A stretch of 64,000 nt of DNA from Vermamoeba vermiformis. Lineage: Eukaryota. The translations under genes were made by a program, and so were the position numbers. Where the stretch lies: assembly GCA_045837725.1 (NCBI GenBank), contig JBEWZL010000049.1, positions 1 to 64,000 of the forward strand, given 5' to 3'. The stretch's first letter is position 1. Each line of letters starts with the position of its first letter. Shown one piece after another: positions 37,058-50,468 of this stretch. Under the pieces are notes generated by a model. The model did no database searches and was not told the origin of the DNA. It saw nothing but the letters and a program-made list of their open reading frames with translations.

Positions 37058-40000
37058 TTATTGCAGTAATGAAGACAATCGTTCTACAACTGAATTGATC
37101 TGTGGCCGAGAAGCCGGATCTTGTTTCCAACAGTCTTCAATCAGCCTGACGAGTGACGAATTAATGCTCGTGTTTGTGTCTAACGGCAGTCTTTTTCCTT
37201 CTTTGACGTGTTGTTCGATCGCTGAGTCCCATTGAAATTCACTGAATGGTTGTTGTTCGAACATCACTTCCCACATCAGAATCGCAAAACTGTAAACATC
37301 TGCACTCTTGTCAATGCGTGGATTGCGTCCAAGTGCCTCTGGTGCCATGTAGCTGATTGTTCCGACGTTCTTGGTGACTGTCATTTTATCGTCCGAGATG
37401 AATCTTGATGTGCCGAAGTCAGTGAGTTTGATGTGCACTGGTGACTTTGGTTCGAGTGAAAACACCAAGATATTTTGTGGTTTGATGTCGCGATGAATGA
37501 CACTGTTCATGTGCAAGAACTGAATCGCTTTTGCTGTCTCGTAGAGCATTGTGAGTTTCATCGAAGTTGACAGTTTCATTTTTTGCATGACACTTGAGAG
37601 ACTTCCGAGAGGTGCATATTCGATCACTATGGCTAGATTGTCATCAACATTAGAAGCACCAATGAACGATACAATGTTGGGGTGTCGCAAGTCCTTCATC
37701 AATGTCACTTCACGTTCAAACTCAGTCTTCATCTCAGGTGTCAGATATTGACTCAACAACCGCTTGACGGCGACTTGTTGACCTCGATACACTCCTCTCA
37801 TAACTGAGCCAAATCTAGCACAACAAATCATGTCAGTATTTTGACACGTATCATGTGTCATCAGTTTTTGACACTTACCCTCCACCTCCGAGGTACTCGC
37901 CTGTTTGTTGAATTTCATCAAGATCAATCCAAGTTGACATGACACTTTCAATCTTGTACTCTATTGCTGAATAGATCTTCTGCTGATCGATCACAAGTAC
38001 GAGACTGATCTTGCATTTGGCTGTCATTCGCATCATCGACGACACTGTCACGTGAACTGACTTGCCTTCTTTGATCACAAACGATGATGGCTCGACTCTG
38101 ATCTCGTACTTTGGTGATTGAGGACTGTAAATATCAACGTGAAGGCCGTCAAGAAGTCGTTCTTTTGTACCCAAGTGCTTGTCTTTTGATGCGAGGGAGA
38201 AAATCATTTCATTTTGCATCCACACATCAATTCTCATTGGCTCAGTCTTCATTTGAATCATTGACAAGTCGATCTTGCAAGGAAGTGCATCAATAGGTCG
38301 GTAAGTGAAATCGTCACTGGGAGTCCATTCCCATGTTGTCGCTGGAATGACTGACACTCCATCTCTTCGCAGTGAGTCGGACTTGGCTTGAGTAAGAAGT
38401 GTTTGTAGCTCCACTTCATGGCTTTGACTCTTCACGAATCTTCGACGGACAAAGATTGCTGTTACGACCGCTGCCACAGTGATAAAAATTGGAATGATCA
38501 CTATTGCGACCACCTCGCCAACTTTAAGTGATGACACGTTCGTGAAAACGAAGGCTCGAGATCGAACCTCGCTGTTGCCACATTGAGCAACAACTGTGAA
38601 CTCTCTGTGTTTAACCAGAAGTGACACATTCACACGATGAGTGCTGTGTAATGACGCGTGCTGACTGATGGTTTGGTTGTCCATGAGCCACGTGTGACTT
38701 GTGCAATCCGAGTCCAAGATGATCACTTCGAGATCGACTTGCGTGTCTGTGAACCATTGTGGTTGATTTGATAGCGGTCGTGGACCTGCAAACAGAGAGT
38801 CGACTTTGACAAGTTTGAGTGTTGCACATGTTGTGTTTGGTCCTGATGGATTCGTTGCTGTCAAGCAAAGTGAGTACGTTGTGTCACAGTGAAGCGTACT
38901 TGGCGCTATTGTGATATTTTCACTCAAAAATGATGGTTGAATTTCATCGTTGATTCGCCATTCGAGTGTCACGTTCTTGCCTGTCACGTGTGTTTCGATC
39001 ACTGCAGGTTCGTCACAAAGATCAATCGTGTCTTGAAGAGGCTCAACAAATACAGGCCTTCTGTGAACAGTGAGTTGTGCTTGTTGTTGCATTCGTTGGT
39101 TACACATGTCTCGTACTTCAATGCGATAAGTGCCGCTATTAGACTGCTCCACGTTACGCAACGGAAGAGCGAATCTGTCGTTCATATTGGCCATCTCTTC
39201 GTCATTATGCAACCATCTTACAGTTGCAAAGGGTCCTTGAGCACTCGTTGAGAAGGTGGTTGAGTCTCCTTCGAAGAGTGCCACACTGTTCATGACACCT
39301 GTCATTGTTGTGATTGGTCTGAACTCGATCTTGTTGCCCGATGACGCAAAGACAAAGTTTTCTAGCGGGTTATTGACAATGAATGTGTCAAATCGCGCAG
39401 TGAAGTACTCGCTCGTTGAAGTCTCGTAGATAGTTAGGGACCTGTCGCTGATGAAGATCACTTTGCTGCCTCTTGTAGCTACATTGGTGATATCGTCTAC
39501 TTCCAGAACGATCTCTGAGAGCTCCATGGTGGCAGGATTAAGCTGCTCGATTCTTCTGTGTCTCGCAAAAATGACGACATCATTGACAGCTGTCATCATT
39601 ATTTCGTTGTTCCTGGCGTACTCTGACAACTGGGTGTTCTTCCATGTTGACGTCAGAATGTCATAGACGTCGATACGATTTCTCGGAGTTCCACCAGCAA
39701 CAATGACGAATCTTTCTTGCACAACTTGCAGCGCGAAATTGGCTCTTGCAACGCTGAGGCTGTCTCTTCGTTCGGTATCAGTCAAGGCATCGTACAAGAT
39801 AACAGCATTAGTTGTCGTTTCAATGCCAAAATAAAGATCTGATCCAATAGGGGTGCCAATAACATTCGGTCAGATTTGTTCTTCTTGCACTGCCTGTCAT
39901 CAAATCAAAAATCTCGAACCGGAGCACGTAGCTCGAAAATACTTTGTTGTGAAGGACATGAAACGCGAATGGCTGCGCCATTGTATACTCTTGCCAGGTT

Positions 40001-41639
40001 ATCGTCTTAACGTTGAGAACATAAAGCTGATCTTGACCGACAAAAAAGAATGCGTAATCGCCGGTACCATAAACTCTTCCTGCACGAAATGCATAAGGCA
40101 TTGTGTACGATGTCCATGTTTGTGTTGTTGCGTCAAAGATGTCAAGTGCATTTGATAGTTCGTCAGTGATGAGGTCATTTCCAGACGCAAGAACGACGAA
40201 CTGTCCAACAACTGGGACCGGCCTTAGTCTGCGCCTGGTGGGCCAGTCCCATGTGTGATATTTTTGCGTGTTCATATCGAACCAGGAGATATTTTGCGTG
40301 ATGGCAATGATGGTGTCTCCAACTGTCACAAGAACGCGGTCCGTTGGCACGTCAAATTGAGCCCGTGTGAAGAGCACGTTGGTGTTGATCGTTAATATAC
40401 TATCGTGGCGTGTAGACGTTGCATAAATAACGCCGTTGTGGACCAAACTGAAAATTCCGGTTTCGAAGAACGTTTGTGGCAAGAGGTATTGAATTTGTTC
40501 AAAGTCTTCAACTCTGACTACTGTCAATGAGCCTGATTCAGCAAGGTACATTTCTGAATCGGTATATGTCAAAAGACTGAATCTTCGTCCTGCGCATCGT
40601 TTGAATAAATCATCTAGTATTGGTAATCGAAGAAATAATGTTATTACCTGGTAAAGATCTAATTTCAGTTCCGTTCAGCGCATAAAATTTGAAGGTAAGA
40701 GGGCCAAGGCTCGGTATTAGTGCAATAGCGTCGATCGCACGAAGGTGGATCCAACTGTTCTGATGAGTGCTTGGCAGCGTCAGCGGAAAATTAGGAAGGG
40801 CGCTCCAAGCCATCTGATCGACGTCAAGAACTTGCGGCCCTATTCTCGTTGAGGCAAATAAATGCGTTCCATTTGTCGTAGCTCGTCGTATGCCAGGAGA
40901 GAGGATCTCTGTTGTGGATTTGGTTGAGAGATCGATGACAAGAATGACATTATCGCTCAGGGCTCCAGCTTGTATGAATACTACTACTTTCTGTAGCATA
41001 TAAATATCGAGTACTACTGCATTAGCATAGGGATCCCAACTGCTTGGAAACGGGATCGAGGTTTGCTCGTTGGTTGTGATATCTGTGATATCGACAAATT
41101 TGTACCGTTCATGATCTGGAAATATTCCGCCGACTATTACAAGATATTTAGAGCCAATTCCAAGCGGTCTTTCTCCGATTCTTGGCGGATCAAGTTGCAT
41201 GACGGATCTTTCGGACCAAGTGTTGGACGTCGTGTCAAATACGTCAATAATATGCGCGTAGCTAACTATATTTGAGCCAATAAAATATATCTTGTCATTT
41301 AGAGCTGCAATTGACGCTCCTGAGCGTGGATTGGGAAGCTGCATTGGATAATAACAGCCTTCGAGTAAATAATTAGTAAAAAAATTGAAATAAAAATTGT
41401 ATGTAAATAATATGTTTATGTTCACACAGTTTATTGGTAACTACATCCGATTTTATTCCAAAATTTAAATAAAAAATATAATTGTAATTATATTTTACCT
41501 GCTACTCCGTGAACAACTAGTAGTGATAATAGCCATAAACACAGTTGGTCTAACGTTTAAATAATGAGACGTTGATTTTCGGCAGTGTTTGATCTTGTCA
41601 CGTAATTTTATAAAATGCGAACTTACCTTGATTATTCAT
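37058..41639 (-). CDS. Receptor-like kinase copy 1: signal peptide, Kelch-like propeller repeats, Ig-like domains, TM, TKL-type kinase (frameshift near 39867)
   Basis: Signal MNNQDQLCLWLLSLLVVHGVA and repeats of the IDVFDTTSNTWS type. Ig-like W...DSGTY pattern, TM VVAIVIIPIFITVAAVVTAIFV followed by RRR. Kinase motifs GGGG|FG, VAVK, HRDIKPQN, DFG and APE. One extra base relative to the paralog near 39867. Confidence 0.88.
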
Positions 41640-41821
41640 TAGGTTAAAAAATTTGTGCGTGTCATGTATACGCTTCGATGAACGAAGTTATGATGGGACC
41701 AAGACGCGTCACAGTGACATTTTCAAGAGCACAAGTCCCGTCGACACGCGACACGAGTGAAAGTTAGTTCAATAGATTTCAATTGGCTTATATGCTCAAT
41801 TGACTTAAGTCTCTTTTATTG

Positions 41822-44800
41822 TCAGAACGATAATCGCTCGACGACTGAATTGATTGCCGGCCGAGAAGCCGGATCTTGTTTCCAACAGTCTTCGATAAGC
41901 TGAACTAGAGATGCATTAATATTCGTGTTTGTGTCTAACGGCAGTCTTTTTCCTTCTTTGACGTGTTGTTCGATCGCTGAGTCCCATTGAAATTCGCTGA
42001 ATGGTTGTTGTTCGAACATCACTTCCCACATCAGAATCGCAAAACTGTAAACATCTGCACTCTTGTCAATACGTGGATTGCGTCCAAGTGCCTCTGGTGC
42101 CATGTAGCTGATTGTGCCAACGTTCTTGGTGACCGTCATTTTATCCTCCGAGATGAACCTTGACGTGCCAAAGTCAGTGAGTTTGATGTGCACTGGTGAC
42201 TTTGGTTCGAGTGAGAACACCAAGATATTTTGTGGTTTGATGTCACGGTGAATGACACTGTTCATGTGCAAGAACTGAATCGCCTTCGCTGTCTCGTAGA
42301 GCATCGTGAGTTTCATCGAAGTTGACAGTTTCATCTTTTGCATGACACTTGAGAGACTTCCAAGAGGTGCATATTCGATGACCAATGCCAAGTTGTCATC
42401 AACATTAGAGGCACCAATGAACGATACAATGTTGGGGTGTCTCAAGTCCTTCATCAATGTCACTTCACGTTCGAACTCAGTCTTCATCTCAGGTGTCAGA
42501 TATTGACTCAACAACCGCTTGACGGCGACTTGTTGACCACGATACACTCCTCTCACAACTGAGCCAAATCTAGCACGCAACCATGTTAGTATGTTGACAC
42601 GTGTCATCAGTTTTTTTGACACTTACCCTCCACCTCCGAGGTACTCGCCTATTTGTTGAATTTCATCAAGATCAATCCAAGTTGACATGACACTTTCAAT
42701 CTTGTACTCTATTGCTGAATAGATCTTCTGCTGATCGATCACAAGTACGAGACTGATCTTGCATTTGGCTGTCATTCGCATCATCGACGACACTGTCACG
42801 TGAACTGACTTGCCTTCTTTGATCACAAACGATGATGGCTCGACTCTGATCTCGTACTTTGGTGATTGAGGACTGTAAATATCAACGTGAAGGCCGTCAA
42901 GAAGTCGTTCTTTTGTACCCAAGTGCTTGTCTTTTGATCCGAGCGAGAAGATCATTTCATTTTGCATCCACACATCAATTCTCATTGGCTCAGTCTTCAT
43001 TTGAATCATTGACAAGTCGATCTTGCAAGGAAGCGCGTCAATAGGTCGGTAAGTGAAATCGTCACTTGGAGTCCATTCCCATTTTGTCGCTGGAATGACT
43101 GACACTCCATCTCTTCGCAGTGAGTCGGACTTGGCTTGAGTAAGAAGTGTTTGCAGTTCCACTTCAGTGCTTTGACTCTTGACAAATCTTCGACGGACAA
43201 ATATGGCGAGAATGATTGCGGCAACCAAAACCGCAACGGGAATAACTATAATGACGACCAACTCGCCAACTTTGAGCGATGACACGTTCGTGAAAACGAA
43301 GGCTCGAGATCGAACCTCACTGTTGCCGCATCGAGCAACAACTGTGAACTCTCTGTGTTTAACCAGAAGTGACACATTCACACGATGAGTGCTGCGCAAC
43401 GACAGGTGCTGAATGATGGTTTGGTTGTCAATGAGCCAAGTGTGACTTGTGCAATCCGAGTCCAAGATGATCACTTCAAGATCGACTTGCGTGTCTGTGA
43501 ACCATTGTGGCTGATCTGATATGGGCCGTGGACCTGCAAACAGAGAATCGACTTTGACAAGTTTGAGTGATGCACATGTGGTGTTTGGTCCTGATGGATT
43601 CGTTGCTGTCAAGCAAAGTGAGTACGTCGTGTCACACTGAAGTGCATTTGGCGCTATTGTGATGTTTTCACTGAGAAGTGTTGGCTGAACTTCATCGTTG
43701 ATTCGCCATTCGAGTGTCACGTTCTTGCCTGTCGTGTGTGTTTCGATCACTGCAGGTTCGTCACAGAGATTAATCGTGTCCTGAAGAGGCTCAACAAATA
43801 AAGGCCTTCCGTGAACAGTGAGTTGTGCTTGTTGTTGCATTCGTTGATTGCAACGGTCTCGAATTTCAATCCGATAAGTGCCGTCGTTGGGTTGCATTAG
43901 ATTAGCCAACCGTAGCTCAAATTTGCCATTCATATTGACCATTTCTTCACCATTATGCGACCATCTTACAGTTGCAAAGGGTCCTTGAGCACTCGTTGAG
44001 AAGGTGGTTGAGTCTCCTTCGAAGAGTGCCACACTGTTCATGACACCTGTCATTGTTGTGATTGGTCTGAACTCGATCTTGTTGCCCGATGACGCAAAGA
44101 TGAAGTTATCGGAAGGATTGTTGACAATGAAAGTGTCAAATCGTGCAGTGAAGTACTCGCTCGTTGAGGTTTCGTAAGTTGTGACTGAACGGCTACTGAT
44201 GAAGATCACTTTACTGCCTCTCGTAAAAACTCTGACGATATCATCCACTTCGAGAACGATTTCTGAGAGCTCCATAGTAGCAGGGTTAAGCTGATCTATT
44301 CGTCGTTGGCGTGCAAATATGACCACATCGTTGACAGCTGTCATCAGAACTGCATCACCACGAGCGTACTCGGGCAAGTTAACGTTGCTCCAAGTTAACG
44401 TTAAAGTGTCAAAAACGTCAACACGATTTCTTGGAGTTCCGCTAGCGAGAATGACGAATCTGTCTAACACGACTTCCATTGCTAAACGCATTCTGCTGAC
44501 GCTGAGTTGAAATCGCCGTTCCGTGTTTGTACTGGTGTCGTACAATACCACATTATTGCTGGGAAAAGAAACACCAAAATAAAGATGTGAGCCAACCGCA
44601 ATGCCTCGTACGTTGGCCAGATTGATTGTTTGTACGAGACTGCCTGTCATTATATCAAGTATATCGACTCGGTTGAGGTGGCTTCCGAAGATTTTGTTGT
44701 CAACAATGCTAAAATCTAGAGGTTGGGGCATCGTCGCGTTCAGCCAGCTGTTCAACTTGATATTGAAAATGTAAAGCTGATCTCGACCGACAAAAAAGAA

Positions 44801-46373
44801 GGCGTGGTCGCCAGCACCATAAACTCTTCCTGCACGAAATGCATAAGGCATTGTGTACGACGTCCATGTTTGTGTTGTTGCGTCAAAGATGTCAAGTGCA
44901 TTCGATAGTTCGTCAGTGATGAGGTCAGTTCCAGACGCAAGAACGACGAACTGTCCAACAACTGGAATCGGATTCGGTCTGCGCCTGGTGGGCCAGTCCC
45001 ACGTGCCGTATTTCCGCGTGTTCATATCAAACCAGTGGATATTGTGTCCAATGGCTACTACAGTGTCACCAACTGTTCGCATGATCTGGAGATCCGCAGC
45101 TGTTAAATTAAATTGATCCCGAGTGAAGAGAGCTCTTGAATCGATCATGAATATGTCTTCTTCGGTACGGCTAGAACTAGTTGCATATATTACACCTCTG
45201 TGTACGAGGCTGAAAACTCCTTCGTTGAAAAAAGTTTGAGGCAAGTGATACTGAATTTGTTCAAAGTCTTCAACTCTGATTACTGTCAATGTGCCTGATT
45301 CTATGACATATATTTCCGTATCAGAAAATCTCACCAGACTAAAGCTCCTTCCAGCTGTTAATTCGGAAGTTAGCACGGGCTTCAAAGTTTTTCATTTATT
45401 TTACCTGGAAAAGCTATCGTCTTAAGTTCTGTGCCGTTCAATGAATAAAATTGCATTACTAAGGGTGTTGCGATACGTGTCAATGATATAGCATTGATTG
45501 AGGGCACGTAGGCCCATCCCCAGTTTCCGACAGTCGGAGTCGGGAAATTGATTAAATCGCTCCATATAAGCCTTTCAACATCAAGTGCTTTCGGTCCTTC
45601 TCTCGTTAATGCGAATAAATGCGTTCCATTCGTTACTGCTTGTCGCATTCCAGCTGACGCGATCTCGTTCACGGATCTCGTTGCTGGATCTATGATTAGA
45701 ATGGCTGATTGATCCACACTGTATACTACAAGCTTTTGTAGCTGATGTACATTGATTCCTAATCCTGTGGCATAGGTGAACCAACTGCTTGGAAACGGGA
45801 TCGAGTATTGCTCGTTGGTTGTGACGTCTTTGATGTCAATGAATTGATAGTAATTAACGGGTGTAAACTCTCCTCCGATAAATACCAAGTATTTTGAACC
45901 AACCCCGAGGGCTACTATAAACGTTCTTGGTGGATCCATCGTCATGACCGACCAAGAGTTGGATGTCGTGTCAAAAACGTCAATCAAATGCGATTGATTT
46001 GGTTGATTAGAGCCAATAAAATATATTTTGTCTTCTAAAGCTGCAATCCTCGCTCCTGGTCTGCTAGCGCTTAATTGAAGCGGAAAATAGCAGGCTGCAA
46101 GTAATAGTATTAATCATCGTTCATAAATCATTGTCTTACGCCTAAATGTTCGATTGGTTTATTGTTATTAATTAAAAGGAAGGCCTGGCGATTTAAATTA
46201 ATAAGTATAATTAAACGTCATTTACCCGCAGTGCAATGCACAAACAGCATTAATGACCATAAGCACCACGAACCTATTAACAATGTTAATAGTGGTTCAT
46301 TATATAACATTACATTTCAACTTTTGTTTTGGGTTGATCAAAAAGGACATCCGTACTTACGATTCTCCGTCAT
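41822..46373 (-). CDS. Receptor-like kinase copy 2, same architecture, apparently intact
   Basis: Signal MTENRSWCLWSLMLFVHCTA, the same intron positions as copy 1, a ~2.7-kb central exon and complete kinase motifs. Confidence 0.92.
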
Positions 46374-46607
46374 GTAAAACTGATTACGAATCGAGGGGTC
46401 ATGTGGTTATATATAGAATACAAAAAATGGGATTGAAACAGGTGGACGTCACATGTGCAAGGGCGGATTGTGAATTTTTGGGTGACAAATCGTAATCTTC
46501 CCTTGCACCGCGCTATGTGAATTTTAAGGACCAAAGCGATGAGCATAACAAAATTAGTATTACAATACAAAATTTAGATTACAGACATTCCTATCTTCGA
46601 TCTAGCT

Positions 46608-48547
46608 TTACATAGATCCGCTCTCATTCATCAAAGGTCGGTGCATTTCTCGGTCATGTCGCTATAGGTAACAATGGTGTTAGAAAAATACGACTATCGA
46701 TGCTATCTTTGTCAGATAAATTTTGCAGATTATTGATCTGATCTAAACTAGATCTCTTACCTTATATGGCCAAGTCAAGAAGATGTACAATATCAACAAG
46801 GTCGGGAATATTTCCGTGACGAAGAAATAGAAGAACCAAATCACTGCAAACTCTTGCAACGACAGCTCGTTACTTCGTCTGTTAAATTCATCAAAACGAT
46901 TAGTTAATGCTTAAAGTATAATAATAAGTGACCATAGTATATAATAATATTGATATCAATATTGTACGTACCTAGCTTTATACACAACTTCACCGATCAC
47001 GAGAATGTAGATGCACTTAAATATCGAACACAACACTGTAATGACCACTAGCGCCACAGTCTATGTAATAAATAATAACCAAATTAGTACAAAATCAACG
47101 ATCTTGAAATAAGTACAGCGGAACGTTCAGATCCGGATGTACTAAGGAGCTGTACAAAAATATGAAATGGGCAACGATGATCTCTCCATCTGATCCAAAT
47201 ATGGAAATGCGAATGTTTCCTTTTATGGCAAGTATTACTAGTGCTACTTACTCGTCTCAATCGTGAAGTCAAGTTCTTGGACAAGACACGCATCTTTCTG
47301 AACGAGCTCATCAAACTGATACCGAAGACCAGCACGCCTAGGGCTAATAGTCCTGCCATAGCTCCCAAATAGAAGCCTATACAACATTGATATTAATATT
47401 GAAAATAACCTCCAAAGTTGCTAACAAATGGAAAGTGCCGATACGCGAGTACGAAATTTCATCGTTCCAGCATTTGCAATGTAATTTCGCTGGCTTTGCA
47501 AATATATTATATTGAACACGTTCGACTAGTTGTCATAAGGTAGGTATAATAAGGTTTGATCGTAGTCTTGAAACGGATCAGGTCAAAGCGACGCTTGGAT
47601 CTTACCTTCATAAGCTGATTCTCTGGCAATAGGAACATCTTCTACGTACATATAGACCATAATAGCCAAGGCTGTCAATATTAAGGCTGCAATCAACGAA
47701 GCAAACATGATCCAAAATTTTCGTTGTGTCATGCCTTGGCTCGATTGCGTCTTGAAATAAATTCGCGCCCTAAGAGTATTTTATTAATATATCTCGTGTA
47801 TATTAATATTTGCGTATTCTTACCATAAACAAAGCAAAAGAGTTGAAATTGAAAGAAATACGATCTCGGGAAGCACGTCAAAAAAGAACTGGCGGGCACT
47901 ATCATTGCTATTATACATATCCGTCCATATTTTAATAGGAATAAATGAATAGACGCTGCGAACTATAAAATGAAGCGTTAGTTCATGAACGCAAAAATAA
48001 ACAAATCGACAGATCGCGTGGAATATTCTAGAATTGTGGCGAGTGATTAAAATCTATATGCACATAATATTTAGATACTATATTTCGATTTTAAAGCTTT
48101 AGAATCCGCTATGATGATTTTTGACCGTTATTTTTTGATCCAGATCTCTTGGCGATTTTGATACGCATCGAAATGACTAACCAATGAAACACCGTAATAC
48201 AATTAATTCTGTATCAATGACTTACTTGCACTGAAGACAAAAACAAGCACGAAAATCAATCTGTTCGAATCAAATCCTTCCCTTGTTTTGTTAAGGGTCG
48301 CTCTTAAAAAGAAACTAATTACTGAAAGCACGCATACCTAACGTAAAATAGTCAGTTTGTGTATTAGAATATATTTTAAATATTTTGTAAGCGAAATTTA
48401 AGTTCGTAAAATTCGGATGTCCGCTTTATGATTTAGATTACGCACCAAAAGATAGCCCGCGGCTAGTATATATTTGATGGTAATTATAGGATTAGGTTCA
48501 TTGCTTTGTGGTGCGCTGGTCGGTTCATTTGTGGTCTCGTACTCCAT
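46608..48547 (-). CDS. THH1/TOM1/TOM3 (DUF1084)/GPR137-like seven-TM protein
   Basis: Spliced product has about seven hydrophobic helices, including FFFDVLPEIVFLSISTLLLCLWARIY and FYFFVTEIFPTLLILYIF. Confidence 0.75.
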
Positions 48548-48824
48548 CTGGTAAAAAAAAATTGTTCAATTTGCGTAATTTTACTTGAAACTTTTGATCT
48601 CACAGAAAAACTTACTCGTATATATTTGTATTGGAAGTAACTCGAGAAATCTGTTCAAACAGAACGTACAAATGAACCGTTGCGGATTCGAGCCTCAAAT
48701 GTGTTCTTTTCGAAATATTAGATTTATAAAGCAAAACAAGACTTCATATGAATATATTCATTGTTGTTTTATTATTTACAATCGCATCCATGTACAAGTT
48801 GAAATTTCAAAGAGTTACGCCGGC

Positions 48825-49988
48825 TTACCAAACTCCAACAAAATGCAACGAGGTACTAACCAAGTAGTAAAATATTGCTGGTCCAAATCCTATTGTTATA
48901 TTATTTCGCAGCTGCCGCATGTACCAACTTCCTAAAAAGGAAATCAAAGATTTAGCATGGCTCCACATCCGCTACACAAAAGCAAAAAGGCATAAAAATT
49001 GCCACAAATATTATAATATTCTATGAGTATCTTTAAGAAGCATTTTAAACTGAAAATTTGACTTACTTGGCGGATTCACGCTGTAATTGAAGACGAGTAG
49101 CGAATAATAACTGTAACAAAGCGACGGAACCACCAAAGGCCATTGAGAGAATAGTAGAATTTGCCACGATGTAATGAAGGTGTATATTAAGAACGAAAAT
49201 GCCGCGTAGAAAGTGAGCGTCATGCCTTCTTTTGTATGCAGCGTCGAATCTCCTGCGAAATCGTAGATCTGAAGCAAAAATAGGCCTAATCCGATGAACA
49301 ACAGCGGTGTAGACAATTTGAATAGTAATAATGTGAGCATAGGCATCCATAATAGCAATAAGAACTGCAGATCTTTTTGATAGTCGTCCTAATTACCCGA
49401 GATCAGCACCCGAAACATTTCTGCTCAATATTTTGCTATATTACCTTGCTATAATCGTACCAAACTACGTTCCGCGTTTTTTTGTATTGATAGAATGCTT
49501 CTTTAGCACTTATCGGTAAGTCTCGGGGTAAATCCCATTTCCAAACCTTGACGAGCAGAGTATTTTAGTAAGTATGCTATTAAATAATGACCATTTAATT
49601 ATATTCAGCTTACTCGTCGGAATAATGCTCGCCAAATATCTTCGCGGTTAGCCAAAACTCGCCTAAATTTTGAAACGTTCTGTTAATGCAAGGTGAACCG
49701 AAAAACATTTTAAATATTCTAAATTATTCATGATTAGATATGAAGCTCGCTAAATATTTTAAAAGTGAGCTCATTGTAATTTAATATTAAAATTAATTTC
49801 GGGATCCAATTGTTACGCGTGACTCAGCACGAATCTTTCGGGATATTCGTTGCAACTAACAAAAGAATTATAATTATTATAATTAATTACCATTCTTTCG
49901 AAATTGGCGAGCAGGCTAGGAGATCCTTGGACCCCATAAAATCGAAGATGTACAATTTCAATTCCTCGGGAAAATTGCTCCACTCCAT
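48825..49988 (-). CDS. N-terminal F-box protein with multiple C-terminal TM helices
   Basis: F-box reads MEWSNFPEELKLYIFDFMGSKDLLACSPISKEW|RVLANREDIWRALF. The exon at ~49065-49370 is strongly hydrophobic. The 3' end is approximate. Confidence 0.7.
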
Positions 49989-50468
49989 ATTAGGCTAATG
50001 CTGTCTTTTATGCCCTAACAATGCTGTACATCAATTTTGTTCGTGTTGTGTTCAATTGCAACGTAAAGAATGGAAAAGCGGCCTGACGGAACCTCTCGGC
50101 ACTTCCGGCGTCCAAAAATAGGCGTAGAATTATATTGCGAGGTTACAAATGGTACGAAGAACGCCTAATTACGATATTAGCTTTCGTACTGCTGGTTCTA
50201 GGCGCTTCTATGTAAGTTCGGAGGAAGTTTCTTGTGCGCTTTCGGATCTCTTCCGCTGAAATTCATTGTTACGAAAAAATGACCAATTATCGTACATTAT
50301 AGTAACGAAGCCGCCTATTCATAATAAAAAATCGGTGAAATTCGGGAATTGAAGACGAAAAATACGAAAATTAGTAATTAACTAGAACACCACGACTGAC
50401 GTGGACTTTTAGTTTTTCCCTAATTTAAATGATATGTACATAACAATAAGAGGCTAATTAATATTAAA

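Noticed and set aside
40572..40646. Apparent stop/frameshift between ORFs in kinase copy 1 (and at ~45355-45404 in copy 2)
   Set aside because: Explained by a short GT-AG intron at the same position in both paralogs.
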